Shown: positions 10,222-24,552, counted from the first letter of the stretch. The stretch is 64,000 nt of DNA from Rhodoblastus sp. (GCF_052145335.1 NZ_JBKQOU010000305.1:7782-71781), one strand, 5' to 3'. Program-made: numbers and translations. Notes: generated by a model not told the origin, from the letters alone.

Positions 10222-13110
10222 TCAGTCCTCGATCTTTTGCTTTTCGCGCGCGGCGTAGCGGGCTTTCAGGCCGGCGACCAGCGCGTGCATGCGCGAACCG
10301 TTCGAACCCTTGACCATCACGATGTCGCCGGGACGCAGGGCCTCGGCGACTTCGGGTTCGAGCTTGGCCGCGTCCGGCGCCCAGGCGCCGCGCTTTTGCT
10401 TTGGCAGCGAGTCAAAAAGATGGCGGCTCAACGGGCCGGCGGCGAAAACCAGATCGACGCGGTTCTGCGCGAGGGCGTCTCCAAGGGAGACATGCAGTTC
10501 CGGCGCGGTCGGGCCCAACTCCAACATGTCGCCGAGAACCGCGATCCGGCGGCCCTTGCGGGCGGTTTTCGTCGCCCCCAGAAGCTCGATGGCTGCGCGC
10601 ATGGACGCCGGATTGGCGTTGTAGCTTTCGTCGATCAGCAGGATTTCGCTTTTCGGGGCGTCCGGGTCGAGCCGCAGTTTTTCGCGCGCCCCCCGCCCCT
10701 GGGGGGCTGCGAAATCGGCCAGCGAGGCGGCCGCCGCGGCAATATCGAGGCCGACGGCGCGGGCGGCGAGCAGGACGGCAAGAGCGTTGATCGCCAGATG
10801 GCGCCCCGGCGCCCCGATCGTGAAATTCAGCTCATGACCGAGCACGCGGGCGGAAACTTGAGAAAAACTGTCTTCCTGGTCGAATTTCAGCAATTGCGCG
10901 TCGGCGCCCGCATCGGCGCCGAAGCTGAGGACATGGCCGGCGGGCGAAGCCTTCGCCGCCGCCTCCAGAAATTCGAACGTCTCGTTGTCGCGATTGAGGA
11001 TGGCGACGCCGCCCCTGACCAGCCCCGAGAAAATCTCCGCCTTGGCGCGGGCGATTTCCTCGACATTGGCGAAATGTTCGAGATGGACCGGCGCGACATT
11101 GGTGACGACGGCGACATGGGGACGAACCATGGCGACCAGAGGCGTGATCTCGCCGGCATGGTTCATGCCGATCTCGAACACGGCGTAGCGCGCCTGTTCC
11201 GGCAGCCGCGCCAGCATCAGCGGCACGCCCCAGTGATTATTGTAGGATTTGTCGGAAGCGTGGGTCGGCCCGGCGTCGCCGAGCGCCTTGCGCAAAGCCT
11301 CCTTGGTCGAGGTCTTGCCGACCGAACCGGTCACCGCGACGATGCGCGCCCGGCTGCGCTTTCGCGCGGCGACGGCGAGGCCTTCCATCGACTTGAGCAC
11401 GTCATGGACGACATAGAGCGTCCCCAGCCCACGCAGGGCGTCGACATGATCCTCGTCGACCACGGCCGCCGTGGCGCCGCCGCGGAAAGCCTTGGCGACA
11501 TAATCGTGGCCGTCGCTATTGTCGCCCTTGATGGCGAAAAACAGCTCGCCGGGCCGCAGCGTCCGCGTGTCGATGGAAATTCCGGTGACGCCATCGGGCA
11601 CGGGGCCGCAGACGCGGGCGCGAAGCGGGGCGACGAGGCCGAGACCGCTCCACAGGAAGCCGGTGGGACTGGAAAACTCCTCCAGCGCGGCGAGGGCTTC
11701 CTCGTGATCGGAAAAAGGCAGCACTTCGCCGCCGACGGTCTGGCCAGTCTCGTGGCCCTTGCCGGCGATCAGCAGCACGTCGCCCTTTTGCAGCATGGCG
11801 ATGCCCGCGCGAATGGCGGCGGCGCGGTCGCCGATCTCTATCGCGCCAGGCGCTTGGCCTAGAATCTCCGCACGAATGCGCGCGGGGTCCTCGCTGCGCG
11901 GATTGTCGTCGGTGACAACAACCACATCGGCGCCGCGTGTGGCGATTTCGCCCATGATCGGCCTTTTGCCGGCGTCGCGGTCGCCGCCGCAGCCGAAAAC
12001 CACGATCAGGCGCTTTTCCGCGAAAGGCCTCAGCGCCGCGAGCGCCTTTTCCAAAGCGTCGGGCTTGTGGGCGTAATCGACGAAAACCGGCGCCTCGGCC
12101 TTTTCACCGACGAATTCCAGCCGCCCCGGCGCGCCGCGCAGATTTTCGAGCGCGGCGAAAACCTGTTCCGCCGGACAGCCGACGACCAAGGCCAGACCGG
12201 CCGCGACCAAAGCGTTTTCCGCCTGAAAACCACCGGCCAGCGGCAGCTTCACCCGCCATGCCCTGCCCTCATGGGTCAGGTCGAGAAGAAGCGAGAAACC
12301 TTCCGCCTCCATGCCGGTCAGGCGCAGGGCCTCGCCCTTGGCGCCGACCGAAAACACCTCCAAGCCTCTGGCGCGGCAGGCCTCGATGACGCGATCGGAG
12401 AAATCGCCGTCGGCGGCGATGACCGCGGGCTGGCCGGGCTGCAGCAATGTTTCGAACAGTCGCAGCTTGGCTTTGAGGTAGTCTTCGAGATCGGCGTGAT
12501 AATCGAGATGGTCGCGCGACAGGTTGGTGAAGGCGCCCGCCGACAGCCGCACTCCGTCGAGGCGGCGCTGGTCGAGACCATGCGACGACGCCTCCATGGC
12601 GAGATGGGTGACGCCCTCGTCGGCCAGGGCTTCGAGCGTCTTGTGGAGGGTCACCGGATCGGGCGTGGTCAGAGAACCGTAAACCGCGCCCGACGGCTTG
12701 ATTACCCCGATGGTGCCGAGCGAGGCGGCTTCATGCCCGCAAAAGCTGAAAATCTGGCGGGTGAAATCGGCGACCGAGGTCTTGCCGCTGGTGCCGGTCA
12801 CCGCGACGATTATCTCCGGCTGGCGCGGGTAAAGCGCGGCGGCGGCTTTCGCCAAGGCGGCGCGCGCGTCGGCCACCTGAATCAAGGGCGCCCCCGACAA
12901 TTCCCCCAGAGGCGGATGCTCGCCGACAATAGCGACGGCTCCGGCGGCCAAGGCCTGGGCCGCGAAGCTCATTCCGTCCGCCCTGGCCCCGGCGAGAGCG
13001 AAAAACAGCATGCCGGGCGCGACAGTGCGGCTGTCGGCGGTCACGCCCGTCACCTCGATGGCGCGGAAAGCATCGGGCGCTTCGGGCAAAAGGGCGTCGA
13101 GCCGCATCAA
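10222..13110 (-). CDS. Bifunctional MurE-MurF fusion ligase (962 aa)
   Basis: MurE half: [33 protein letters not shown]. MurF half: [36 protein letters not shown]. One uninterrupted ORF. Confidence 0.93.
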   Translation of the reverse strand: MMRLDALLPEAPDAFRAIEVTGVTADSRTVAPGMLFFALAGARADGMSFAAQALAAGAVAIVGEHPPLGELSGAPLIQVADARAALAKAAAALYPRQPEIIVAVTGTSGKTSVADFTRQIFSFCGHEAASLGTIGVIKPSGAVYGSLTTPDPVTLHKTLEALADEGVTHLAMEASSHGLDQRRLDGVRLSAGAFTNLSRDHLDYHADLEDYLKAKLRLFETLLQPGQPAVIAADGDFSDRVIEACRARGLEVFSVGAKGEALRLTGMEAEGFSLLLDLTHEGRAWRVKLPLAGGFQAENALVAAGLALVVGCPAEQVFAALENLRGAPGRLEFVGEKAEAPVFVDYAHKPDALEKALAALRPFAEKRLIVVFGCGGDRDAGKRPIMGEIATRGADVVVVTDDNPRSEDPARIRAEILGQAPGAIEIGDRAAAIRAGIAMLQKGDVLLIAGKGHETGQTVGGEVLPFSDHEEALAALEEFSSPTGFLWSGLGLVAPLRARVCGPVPDGVTGISIDTRTLRPGELFFAIKGDNSDGHDYVAKAFRGGATAAVVDEDHVDALRGLGTLYVVHDVLKSMEGLAVAARKRSRARIVAVTGSVGKTSTKEALRKALGDAGPTHASDKSYNNHWGVPLMLARLPEQARYAVFEIGMNHAGEITPLVAMVRPHVAVVTNVAPVHLEHFANVEEIARAKAEIFSGLVRGGVAILNRDNETFEFLEAAAKASPAGHVLSFGADAGADAQLLKFDQEDSFSQVSARVLGHELNFTIGAPGRHLAINALAVLLAARAVGLDIAAAAASLADFAAPQGRGAREKLRLDPDAPKSEILLIDESYNANPASMRAAIELLGATKTARKGRRIAVLGDMLELGPTAPELHVSLGDALAQNRVDLVFAAGPLSRHLFDSLPKQKRGAWAPDAAKLEPEVAEALRPGDIVMVKGSNGSRMHALVAGLKARYAAREKQKIED

Positions 13111-15032
13111 TGTTCTCCCGCGCCGGGTTTGGCTGGCGTATTGGCGAAGCCATATCCCATGCGCGCCAGCAACGGAAAGGGCTGTACCGGCAAATCGAGA
13201 TGCGGCTCCAGGCCGAGGATCGGACTGACGCGTTCGATCAGCCTGCCGGTGACCCAGCCGGAATTATAGGCCGCCGTGGCGTAATGGCCGTCTTCGGGGC
13301 GCCCCTGCGGCTCGTCCATCACCGTCATGAACAAATAGCGCGGCTTGTCGGCCGGCACGAGAGCCATGAAAGTGGTGAAAAGCTTGGTCTTCGAATAATG
13401 GCCGCCGATGACCTTTTCCGCCGTGCCGGTTTTGCCGCCGACTAAATAGCCGGGAATATTGGCCTTTTTCGCCGTGCCGATTTCGGCGTTGAGCCGCAGG
13501 ATATAGCGCAGGGATTCCGAGGTTTCGGGGCGCACCACCCGCGGCGCCGTGGTCTTGTCGAATTCGGCGGGGCGTTTCAGGAAAGTCGGCGTGACCAGAT
13601 AGCCGCCATTGGTGATCGCCGCCACCGCCATCATCGCCTGCAGCGGCGCCACCGCCAGGCCGTGGCCGAAGGCGATGGTCATGGTCGAGACCTCGCTCCA
13701 GTAGCGCGGCACGATCGGCTCGGCGTTCTCTGGCAATTCGGTGCGCATCCGGTCCAGCTGTCCCATTTTGCGCAGAAAGGCCTTGTGGCCTTCGACGCCG
13801 ACCATCAGCGCCATGCGCGCCGTGCCGACATTCGACGAATAAGTGAAGACTTCCGGCACCGAGAGCGGGCGGTTTTCCGGGTGATAATCGTGGATCAGGC
13901 CATGGCCGGCGTGCAGCGGCCCATGGGCGTCGATGCGGGTGTTGAGATTGACCTTGCCGGAATCCAGCGCCATGGCGATGGTCAGCGCCTTGAAGGTCGA
14001 ACCCATTTCATAGACGCCGACGGTCAGCCGGTTGATATTGTTGTTCTTGAGCGCGTCGGTCGGATTATTGGGATCGTAATCGGGCAGCGAGGCCTCGGCG
14101 ACGACCTCGCCGGTATTGACGTCGAGAATGGCGGCGGCGGCGGCCTTGGCCTGGAATCGCTCCATGCCGTGGGTCAGTTCGTCGCGCAGCGCGTGGGTGG
14201 CGCGCATGTCGAGCGACAGGGCGATGGGCGCGAGATTTTCCGGCGTCAGGTTGAAGCCGGCGCCGTGAAGATCCGCCAGGCCCTGGCCGTCGATGTATTT
14301 TTCGATGCCGGCGATGCCGTTATTGTCGGAATTGGTGAAGCCGAGCACATGGGCGCCGAGCGGGCCGTTGGGATAGACGCGCTTGTTTTCCGGCATGAAA
14401 CCCACGCCCGGCAGGCCGAGACGGAAGATCTGCTGCTGCTGCGTCGGCGTGACTTCGCGCTTGATCCAGACAAAGCCTTTGCGCGAGCCGAGTTTCTCGC
14501 GCAATTCATGGGCGTTGACGTCGGGCAGGATGGCGGTGATGAGTTCGGTCGCCTCGTCCTTGTCGATGATGCGGCGCGGCTCAGCGAAAACCGACATGAC
14601 CTTGACGTCGGTGGCGAGGATTTCGCCATTGCGGTCAACCAGATCGGGCCGCGCGGCGGAAGCCGCTTCCGACGCCTCGCGCCGCACCGAATGCTGTTCC
14701 GGCTTCAGGCCGAAATAGGCGAGGCGACCGACGAACAACAGGTAAAGTGCGGCGAAACAGACGGCGACCAGCCTTATGCGGAAGGTGCTTTTCGACAGAT
14801 GGGTCGAACGCATGTCGTCGACCCAGGCCTTGACGGCGCGAGCCACGATTCCGAAAGAGCGCTTTGGCCGGGCGGGAGAGGCTGGCGGCGGCTCGAAACA
14901 AGGCGAATCGGCATGGGGCGGACCGGCGCCTTGCGGACCGGCTTGGCGCGGCTCGATAGGCGGATAAGCCGCTCCAGGCGGCGACGCCTGAGCGGAAAAT
15001 TCAGGCTCGCTGGGGGGAGTGTCGAAATGCAT
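13107..15032 (-). CDS. ftsI: Penicillin-binding protein 3 (FtsI), start uncertain
   Basis: GSTFK (SxxK), YSSN (SxN), KTGT motifs; single TM; position in dcw operon. Confidence 0.95.
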   Translation of the reverse strand: MHFDTPPSEPEFSAQASPPGAAYPPIEPRQAGPQGAGPPHADSPCFEPPPASPARPKRSFGIVARAVKAWVDDMRSTHLSKSTFRIRLVAVCFAALYLLFVGRLAYFGLKPEQHSVRREASEAASAARPDLVDRNGEILATDVKVMSVFAEPRRIIDKDEATELITAILPDVNAHELREKLGSRKGFVWIKREVTPTQQQQIFRLGLPGVGFMPENKRVYPNGPLGAHVLGFTNSDNNGIAGIEKYIDGQGLADLHGAGFNLTPENLAPIALSLDMRATHALRDELTHGMERFQAKAAAAAILDVNTGEVVAEASLPDYDPNNPTDALKNNNINRLTVGVYEMGSTFKALTIAMALDSGKVNLNTRIDAHGPLHAGHGLIHDYHPENRPLSVPEVFTYSSNVGTARMALMVGVEGHKAFLRKMGQLDRMRTELPENAEPIVPRYWSEVSTMTIAFGHGLAVAPLQAMMAVAAITNGGYLVTPTFLKRPAEFDKTTAPRVVRPETSESLRYILRLNAEIGTAKKANIPGYLVGGKTGTAEKVIGGHYSKTKLFTTFMALVPADKPRYLFMTVMDEPQGRPEDGHYATAAYNSGWVTGRLIERVSPILGLEPHLDLPVQPFPLLARMGYGFANTPAKPGAGEH

Positions 15033-15035
15033 GCC

Positions 15036-15488
15036 TCACCTCCCCGACGTGGCCGGCTTGAGCGCAACCGGCGTCGCCGGCTTGGGCGCGGCCGGCGTCG
15101 CCGGCTTGGGCGCGGCCGGCGTCGCCGAGAAGGCGCTGGCTGCCGCCGGCGTATTGGTCGGCTCGGCGAGGCCGAGGTCCTGCAATTTCGCTCCGATCTC
15201 ATCGCCGCGCGCCGCCTTCTCAGGCAGTCCTGCGAACGTGGTGATCTGCGACAATTGCATCACCTGGCCGCCAAGATATTTGTCGGCCAGCACTTCGATG
15301 CGGACCGGGTTGGCGACATGCGACCATTCGGCGCGCAGCATGGCGACGCTATCGGTCTCGCTCTGCAATTCCCGCTTGAGCTTGGCCATGCGCTCCGCCT
15401 GATAGAGCGTCGCATACTTGATCGAATAGGCGTAAACGGCCGAACCGACCAGAGCCACGATCGCCAGGACGTTGAGAATGCGCAACAT
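15036..15488 (-). CDS. ftsL: Cell division protein FtsL with Pro/Ala-rich tail
   Basis: TM, coiled coil, LRAEWSH..NP.RI; lies between rsmH and ftsI. Confidence 0.88.
   Translation of the reverse strand: MLRILNVLAIVALVGSAVYAYSIKYATLYQAERMAKLKRELQSETDSVAMLRAEWSHVANPVRIEVLADKYLGGQVMQLSQITTFAGLPEKAARGDEIGAKLQDLGLAEPTNTPAAASAFSATPAAPKPATPAAPKPATPVALKPATSGR
15044..15127. repeat. 24-bp coding tandem repeat (about 3.5 units) in ftsL
   Basis: CCGGCGTCGCCGGCTTGGGCGCGG at 15068 and 15092, partial copy at 15116, degenerate copy at 15044; encodes (ATPAAPKP)n. Confidence 0.9.
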
Positions 15489-15489
15489 G

Positions 15490-16446
15490 TCAGCTTCTCT
15501 CCGTTTCGTTCGGGACCGGCGAGTCGGTTCGCTCCGCCCAGCGCAATTTGGCCGAGCGCGCGCGGGGGTTTTCATGGCATTCGCGCGGGCCGGGGACGAC
15601 GGGCTGGCGCCCCTGAAGCGCGAAGGTCGGCGGCGGCGGCGCGACCTCGCCCGGCAGCAGGCGCGAGACCGCCCTGCCGCGGCCGCTGCGCGCGGCGAAA
15701 AACTGTTTGACGATACGGTCTTCCAGCGAATGGAAGGTCACCACCGCCAGCCTTCCGCCCGGTCTCAGCAGCCGTTCGGCCGCCGCCAAAGCCTGGGTCA
15801 GCTCATCCAGTTCCTCGTTGACGGCGATGCGCAAAGCCTGGAATGAGCGCGTGGCGGGGTGGATTTCATTGGGCTTGCCAGGATTGGCGCGCCTTATCGT
15901 CTCGGCCAGCAGCGCCGTGCTGGTGATCGGCGCCTTGGCGCGCTCGGCAATGATGGCGCGGGCGATCCTGCGGGACGCGCGCTCCTCGCCATAGAGATAA
16001 AGCAGGTCGGCCAGAGCGTCCTGCTCCAGTTCGTTGACCAGATCGGCGGCGCTGCGTCCGGCGCCTTCCATGCGCATGTCGAGTGGCCCGTCGAAGCGAA
16101 AGGAAAAGCCGCGCTCCGGGGCGTCGATCTGCATTGAGGACACGCCGATGTCGAGCACGACGCCATCGAAAGGCCCGAGTTGGCGTTCGCGAGCCGCCGC
16201 CTCCATGCGCGAGAAGCGCGAGCGCGCGAGGACCAGACGGCCTTGGCCTTCCGCGACCAGAGCCTGTCCGGCTTGAATCGCGGTTGGATCGCGGTCGAGC
16301 GCCAGCACGCGCCCGCCTGCCGCCAAAATGGCGCGCGTATAGCCGCCAGCGCCGAAAGTGCCGTCGAGATAAAGCCCGCCGGGCGCGACCGCCAGCGATT
16401 CCACCGCCTCAGCCGCCATCACCGGCACGTGCGGGGCGCTGGTCAT
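15490..16446 (-). CDS. rsmH: 16S rRNA m4C1402 methyltransferase
   Basis: [44 protein letters not shown]; start at ATG 16446. Confidence 0.96.
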   Translation of the reverse strand: MTSAPHVPVMAAEAVESLAVAPGGLYLDGTFGAGGYTRAILAAGGRVLALDRDPTAIQAGQALVAEGQGRLVLARSRFSRMEAAARERQLGPFDGVVLDIGVSSMQIDAPERGFSFRFDGPLDMRMEGAGRSAADLVNELEQDALADLLYLYGEERASRRIARAIIAERAKAPITSTALLAETIRRANPGKPNEIHPATRSFQALRIAVNEELDELTQALAAAERLLRPGGRLAVVTFHSLEDRIVKQFFAARSGRGRAVSRLLPGEVAPPPPTFALQGRQPVVPGPRECHENPRARSAKLRWAERTDSPVPNETERS

Positions 16447-16664
16447 GAGCGGCCTCCCGCAGGAAGGCTGGGTTCTGCGACGGGGATGAGAAACTGCGAA
16501 TCCGTGACCCGGCTCCAAATTTTTGGCTGCGAAAACAAAGTTTTGACGGCGCGCGTCGGGTGTCGCCGCCCTTGCGCCGCTGAGAGGGTGGTGTGGGCTA
16601 ACATGCGGCATTTTGAGCGTCAACGCGCGCGCGGCGGCCTTCGAGAGCTTCTAAACGAGGCGCA

Positions 16665-16696
16665 TTAAACCATCGTTAGCGTTAAAGGTTTGTTGA
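16665..16696. promoter_or_regulatory. Two adjacent CtrA-like boxes upstream of the dcw operon
   Basis: TTAA-ACCATCG-TTAG (16665-16679) and TTAA-AGGTTTG-TTGA (16682-16696) versus consensus TTAA-N7-TTAA. Confidence 0.6.
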
Positions 16697-16771
16697 CATG
16701 ACGGACGGAAGTTGCCGATCTGAACAGCATCGCGACCGCGCAGTCCCAACGGAATAGGCATTCAGGCTGCG

Positions 16772-16816
16772 CAAGTCTTGCATGCTCCACAAGTCTTGCA
16801 TGCTCCACAAGTCTTG
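16772..16816. repeat. 18-bp tandem repeat, 2.5 copies
   Basis: CAAGTCTTGCATGCTCCA twice, then CAAGTCTTG. Confidence 0.92.
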
Positions 16817-16856
16817 GGCTTCGCCCTCGGGCCGTCCTGCATAAGAGTAGAGAAGC

Positions 16857-17235
<379 letters not shown>

Positions 17236-17477
17236 GTCCCCGGCATAACAGCCGGACACCTCGCGTCAAGCGAATTCGGGGTTTACGCAACAAGCGCGGT
17301 GGGCGGCGTTCATATGCAGGGCGCAAGCGCCCGATTTCGGCTAAGATATCGCTTGCTGCGAATCGGGCGCCGGCGGGGGTGAATTTTTTGTCCCCATGCG
17401 CTAGGAGATAGGGCGGCCGGAGGCGCAACGGCGGCCGGGCTGTTTTAATCGAGCCTTTTGGCGATCTGGAGGAAGTC

Positions 17478-17777
17478 TTGATGAAGAAAACCGTTTTGCT
17501 GACCGTCGCTTTGGCGAGCGCGCTCGCCCTCGGCGGCTGCAATAGCTACAACCCGCAGGATCGCGCGGTCGGGGGCGCCCTGATCGGCGGCGCCACCGGC
17601 GCAGCGATCGGCGCCGCCGCGGGCGGACATGCGGGCGGCGCCGTCGCCGGCGGCCTGCTCGGAGCCGCCGCGGGCGGCATTATCGGCGCCAATACCGCGC
17701 CGCCGCCGCCGCCGCCCCGTTGCGCCGAATTCGTGGTGGACGATTGGGGTCGTCGCCATTGCGTGTCCTGGTACTGA
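17478..17777 (+). CDS. Glycine-zipper lipoprotein
   Basis: GGAGG RBS, TTG start, lipobox LGGC, GxxxG repeats, poly-Pro stretch, C-terminal Cys pair. Confidence 0.85.
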   Translation: MMKKTVLLTVALASALALGGCNSYNPQDRAVGGALIGGATGAAIGAAAGGHAGGAVAGGLLGAAAGGIIGANTAPPPPPPRCAEFVVDDWGRRHCVSWY

Positions 17778-17804
17778 TAAGGCATTCGCGCTTGTCGCCG
17801 AATC

Positions 17805-17835
17805 GGGGCGGCCGGTTTCACGGGCCGCCTTTTTT
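17805..17835 (+). terminator. Rho-independent terminator
   Basis: GGCGGCC...GGCCGCC hairpin followed by TTTTTT. Confidence 0.75.
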
Positions 17836-17868
17836 CCAGCCGGCGCCATCAGCCGGGATGAACGGTAA

Positions 17869-18647
17869 ATGAGCCCTGACAGCACATTGGTGGAGCGCTA
17901 TTCCGCCTCGCCCAATCATGGCGAGCGGAACGGGTCGATCGACGCGATCGTCCTGCATTACACCGGCATGACGACGGGCGCGGCGGCGCTCGAACTCATG
18001 TGCAGCCCCGCGGCGCAGGTCTCCTGCCATTATCTGGTCTGGGAGGATGGACGAATCTGGCAACTGATCGCCGAGGCCCGCCGCGCCTGGCATGCCGGAA
18101 AAAGCTTCTGGGCCGGCGAGGCCGACATGAACTCGCGGTCGATCGGCATTGAAATCGTCAATCCGGGCCATAGGGACGGCTTGCCGTCCTGTCCCCACGA
18201 AATATTCGGCGGCGCCCCGCCGTTCCCCGACGCGCAGATCGAGGCGGTGATCGCGCTCTGCCGCGATATCGCCGGCCGCCGCAATATCAAGCCGGAGCGC
18301 ATTCTCGGCCATTCCGACATCGCGCCCGGGCGCAAGATCGATCCTGGCGAAATCTTTCCCTGGCCGCGCCTGTTCGAGGCCGGAATCGGCCATTGGGTCG
18401 CCCCCGCGCCGATCCGCCCCGGCCCGGTCTATGAGCCCGGCGCCATGGGCCCGCCGGTCGCCGCCTTGCAGGCCATGCTGGCCTCCTATGGCTATGGCGT
18501 GACGCCATCCGGGTTTTTCGACGCGGCGACGAGCGACGTCGTCGCCGCTTTCCAGCGCCATTTCCGCCCCGAAAAAGTGGACGGGATCGCCGATGTTTCG
18601 ACGATGGAGACGCTGCACGATTTAATCGCCGCTTTGCCGCCGCCCGG

Positions 18648-18663
<16 letters not shown>
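17869..18663 (+). CDS. N-acetylmuramoyl-L-alanine amidase (Amidase_2 plus PG-binding domain)
   Basis: [38 protein letters not shown]; C-terminal AFQRHFRP. Confidence 0.93.
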
Positions 18664-22364
<3,701 letters not shown>

Positions 22365-22419
22365 GTCTTTGTCCTGCGATAGGCCTGCGGTCGGCGGGCG
22401 CATTATTTTGGAATTGGCG

Positions 22420-22541
22420 CCCTTCTCCCCTTGCGGGAGAAGGTGGCGCGAAGCGCCGGATGAGGGGGCCTTCGGGACGCGAACCCCTCATCCGTCTCGC
22501 CGCTACGCGGCGATCCACCTTCTCCCGCAAGGGGAGACGGG
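22420..22541. repeat. Intergenic palindromic repeat (CCTTCTCCCCTTGCGGGAGAAGG family)
   Basis: Long inverted repeat TCTCCCCTTGCGGGAGAAGGTGG...CCACCTTCTCCCGCAAGGGGAGA with inner CGGATGAGGGG/CCCCTCATCCG. Confidence 0.9.
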
Positions 22542-22549
22542 ACGCACAC

Positions 22550-23455
22550 CTAGGTCAGCACTTTTTCCGGCGCCGTCGCGCGCAAGCCCAGCAGGTGACA
22601 AACCGCATAGACCAGGTCGGCGCGGTTCATGGTGTAGAAATGGAACTGCTCGACGCCGCGATCGAGCAGGTCGAACACCTGTTCCGCCGCCACCGCCGCG
22701 GCGATCAGGCGCCGCGTTTGCGGATCGTCGTCGAGACCGTCGAAACGCTCGGCCAGCCAGATCGGCACGCTCGCCCCGGTCTTGCGCGCGAAATTCGCGG
22801 TTTGTTTGAAATTCTGCACCGGCGTGATGCCGGGCACGATCGGAATTGTGATCCCGGCCGCCATCACCCGGTCGAGAAAGCGGAAATAGATCTCGTTGTC
22901 AAAGAAGAACTGGGTGATGGCGCGGGTCGCGCCGGCGTCGATCTTGGCCTTGAGCACGTCGATGTCCTGCTCGAAACTGGCGCTTTCCGGGTGCTTTTCC
23001 GGATAGGCCGAAACCGAGATTTCGAAATCGCCGATGGCGCGCAATCCGCGCACCAGATCGGTCGAAGTGGCGTAGCCGCCCGGCGTCGGCGCATAGACCG
23101 CGCCGAGTCCCCCCAGGGGATCGCCGCGAAGGGCGACGATATGGCGCACGCCAACGTCCCAGTAGCTTTGCGCCACGTCAATCACCTCTTCGCGCGTCGC
23201 GCCAACGCAGGTGAGATGGGCGGCCGGCTTGACATTGGTTTCGCGCAGGATGCGCGCCACCGTGGCGTGAGTGCGCTCGCGGGTAGAGCCGCCGGCGCCA
23301 TAGGTGACGGAGACGAATTTTGGCGACAATGGCGCGAGGCGCGCGACGGCCTCCCACAAACTCGCCTCCATTTCCGGCGTTTTCGGCGGAAAGAATTCGA
23401 ACGACACGTCGATCGGCTTGTGGTGAAGGCGGCTGCGCCTCGGCTCTTGCATCAT
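22550..23455 (-). CDS. metF: 5,10-methylenetetrahydrofolate reductase
   Basis: SFEFFPP, VTYGAGGS, AHLTC, LRGD, ITQFFF, HFYTMN. Confidence 0.97.
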   Translation of the reverse strand: MMQEPRRSRLHHKPIDVSFEFFPPKTPEMEASLWEAVARLAPLSPKFVSVTYGAGGSTRERTHATVARILRETNVKPAAHLTCVGATREEVIDVAQSYWDVGVRHIVALRGDPLGGLGAVYAPTPGGYATSTDLVRGLRAIGDFEISVSAYPEKHPESASFEQDIDVLKAKIDAGATRAITQFFFDNEIYFRFLDRVMAAGITIPIVPGITPVQNFKQTANFARKTGASVPIWLAERFDGLDDDPQTRRLIAAAVAAEQVFDLLDRGVEQFHFYTMNRADLVYAVCHLLGLRATAPEKVLT

Positions 23456-24459
23456 CAGGCTTTACTCTTCTCGATTCCGACGCCGCGCACATCGCGCGCC
23501 AGCCACAGGGATACCGTGAGTTTTTCCTCAGCGTAGTCGCCGCCCGGCGCCATGTCGCGATGGAGCAGCAATTCAAGTCCGGACTGGCGCAGATATTCGG
23601 CGACTTCCTCAGCTGAGAACCCAAGCCGCCGGTGCTCATGTCTTTCGCGCAAGATTTCGCAGCGATGCGGCGCGAAGTCGACCACGATCAGCCGGCCGCC
23701 CGGCGCCAACGCCCGCGCCGCCTCGCGCAGGGCGCGGGCGGGATTGTCGAGATAATGCAGCACCTGATGCATAACGGCCAGATCGATGGAGCTGCCATCG
23801 ACCGGAAGTGCGTAGATGTCGCCCTGGCGCAATTGCACATTGCGCAGGCCGGCCTTTTCCATCTGCGACCGCGCCACGCCGAGCATGGCCGGGGAAAGAT
23901 CGACGCCGATGGCGGTCTCCGCGCGGGGCGCCAGCAGCTCCAGCATCCGTCCGGCGCCGCAGCCGATATCGAGCAGGCGTCCCCAATGAGGCGTTTTTTC
24001 AAGCGCCGCCGCAAGAATCGCAGCCTCGACCTCGGCCTCCGGCGCGTGCAGGCGGCGCGTCTCGTTCCACGACGGCGCATGATCGGCGAAATATTTCTGC
24101 GCCTGCGCCGCGCGCGCCGCGCGAACTTCAGCAAGTCGCGCGCGGTCGCCGGCGAGCACGGGATCGTCGCCCGCGAGTTCGCCGAGAATGGCTTGCGCCA
24201 AAGCCGCCGCCGGCCCTTTTTCGGCGACATGAAAAAACGCCCAGGCGCCCTCGCGATGACGCTCGACGAGACCGGCCTCAAGCAATAGTTTGAGATGGCG
24301 CGACACGCGCGGCTGCGACTGGCCGAGGATCGCCACCAGTTCGTTGACCGCCAGTTCGGCTTCGGCCAGCAGCGCATAGACCCGCAGCCGCGTCTCCTCG
24401 CCGATGGCGGCGAGGCTGGTCAGGGCGTCTGGCAAAGTGGCGGCGATTTTTACGGTCAT
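23455..24459 (-). CDS. ArsR-HTH plus SAM-methyltransferase-domain regulator (SahR-like)
   Basis: GQSQPRVSRHLKLL HTH; LLDIGCGAG SAM motif; HQVLH; first gene of metF-metH unit. Confidence 0.9.
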   Translation of the reverse strand: MTVKIAATLPDALTSLAAIGEETRLRVYALLAEAELAVNELVAILGQSQPRVSRHLKLLLEAGLVERHREGAWAFFHVAEKGPAAALAQAILGELAGDDPVLAGDRARLAEVRAARAAQAQKYFADHAPSWNETRRLHAPEAEVEAAILAAALEKTPHWGRLLDIGCGAGRMLELLAPRAETAIGVDLSPAMLGVARSQMEKAGLRNVQLRQGDIYALPVDGSSIDLAVMHQVLHYLDNPARALREAARALAPGGRLIVVDFAPHRCEILRERHEHRRLGFSAEEVAEYLRQSGLELLLHRDMAPGGDYAEEKLTVSLWLARDVRGVGIEKSKA

Positions 24460-24475
24460 GGGCCTGTCAATTAGA

Positions 24476-24493
24476 TATAAACATATCTTTATA
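24476..24493. promoter_or_regulatory. Palindromic operator, probably for the SahR-like regulator
   Basis: TATAAA-CATATC-TTTATA ending 17 bp upstream of the regulator start, in an AT-rich patch. Confidence 0.75.
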
Positions 24494-24552
24494 CCTCATT
24501 TGGCGTTGCCGCAATGGCGGATCGCCCGATGGGGCCTTATGATGAGCGAAAC

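Noticed and set aside
16772-16816. Possible mini-CRISPR array
   Set aside because: Units are contiguous and identical, with no unique spacers and no cas genes
22365-22549. SAM or cobalamin riboswitch upstream of metH
   Set aside because: No riboswitch consensus seen; the structure is explained by a dispersed palindromic repeat
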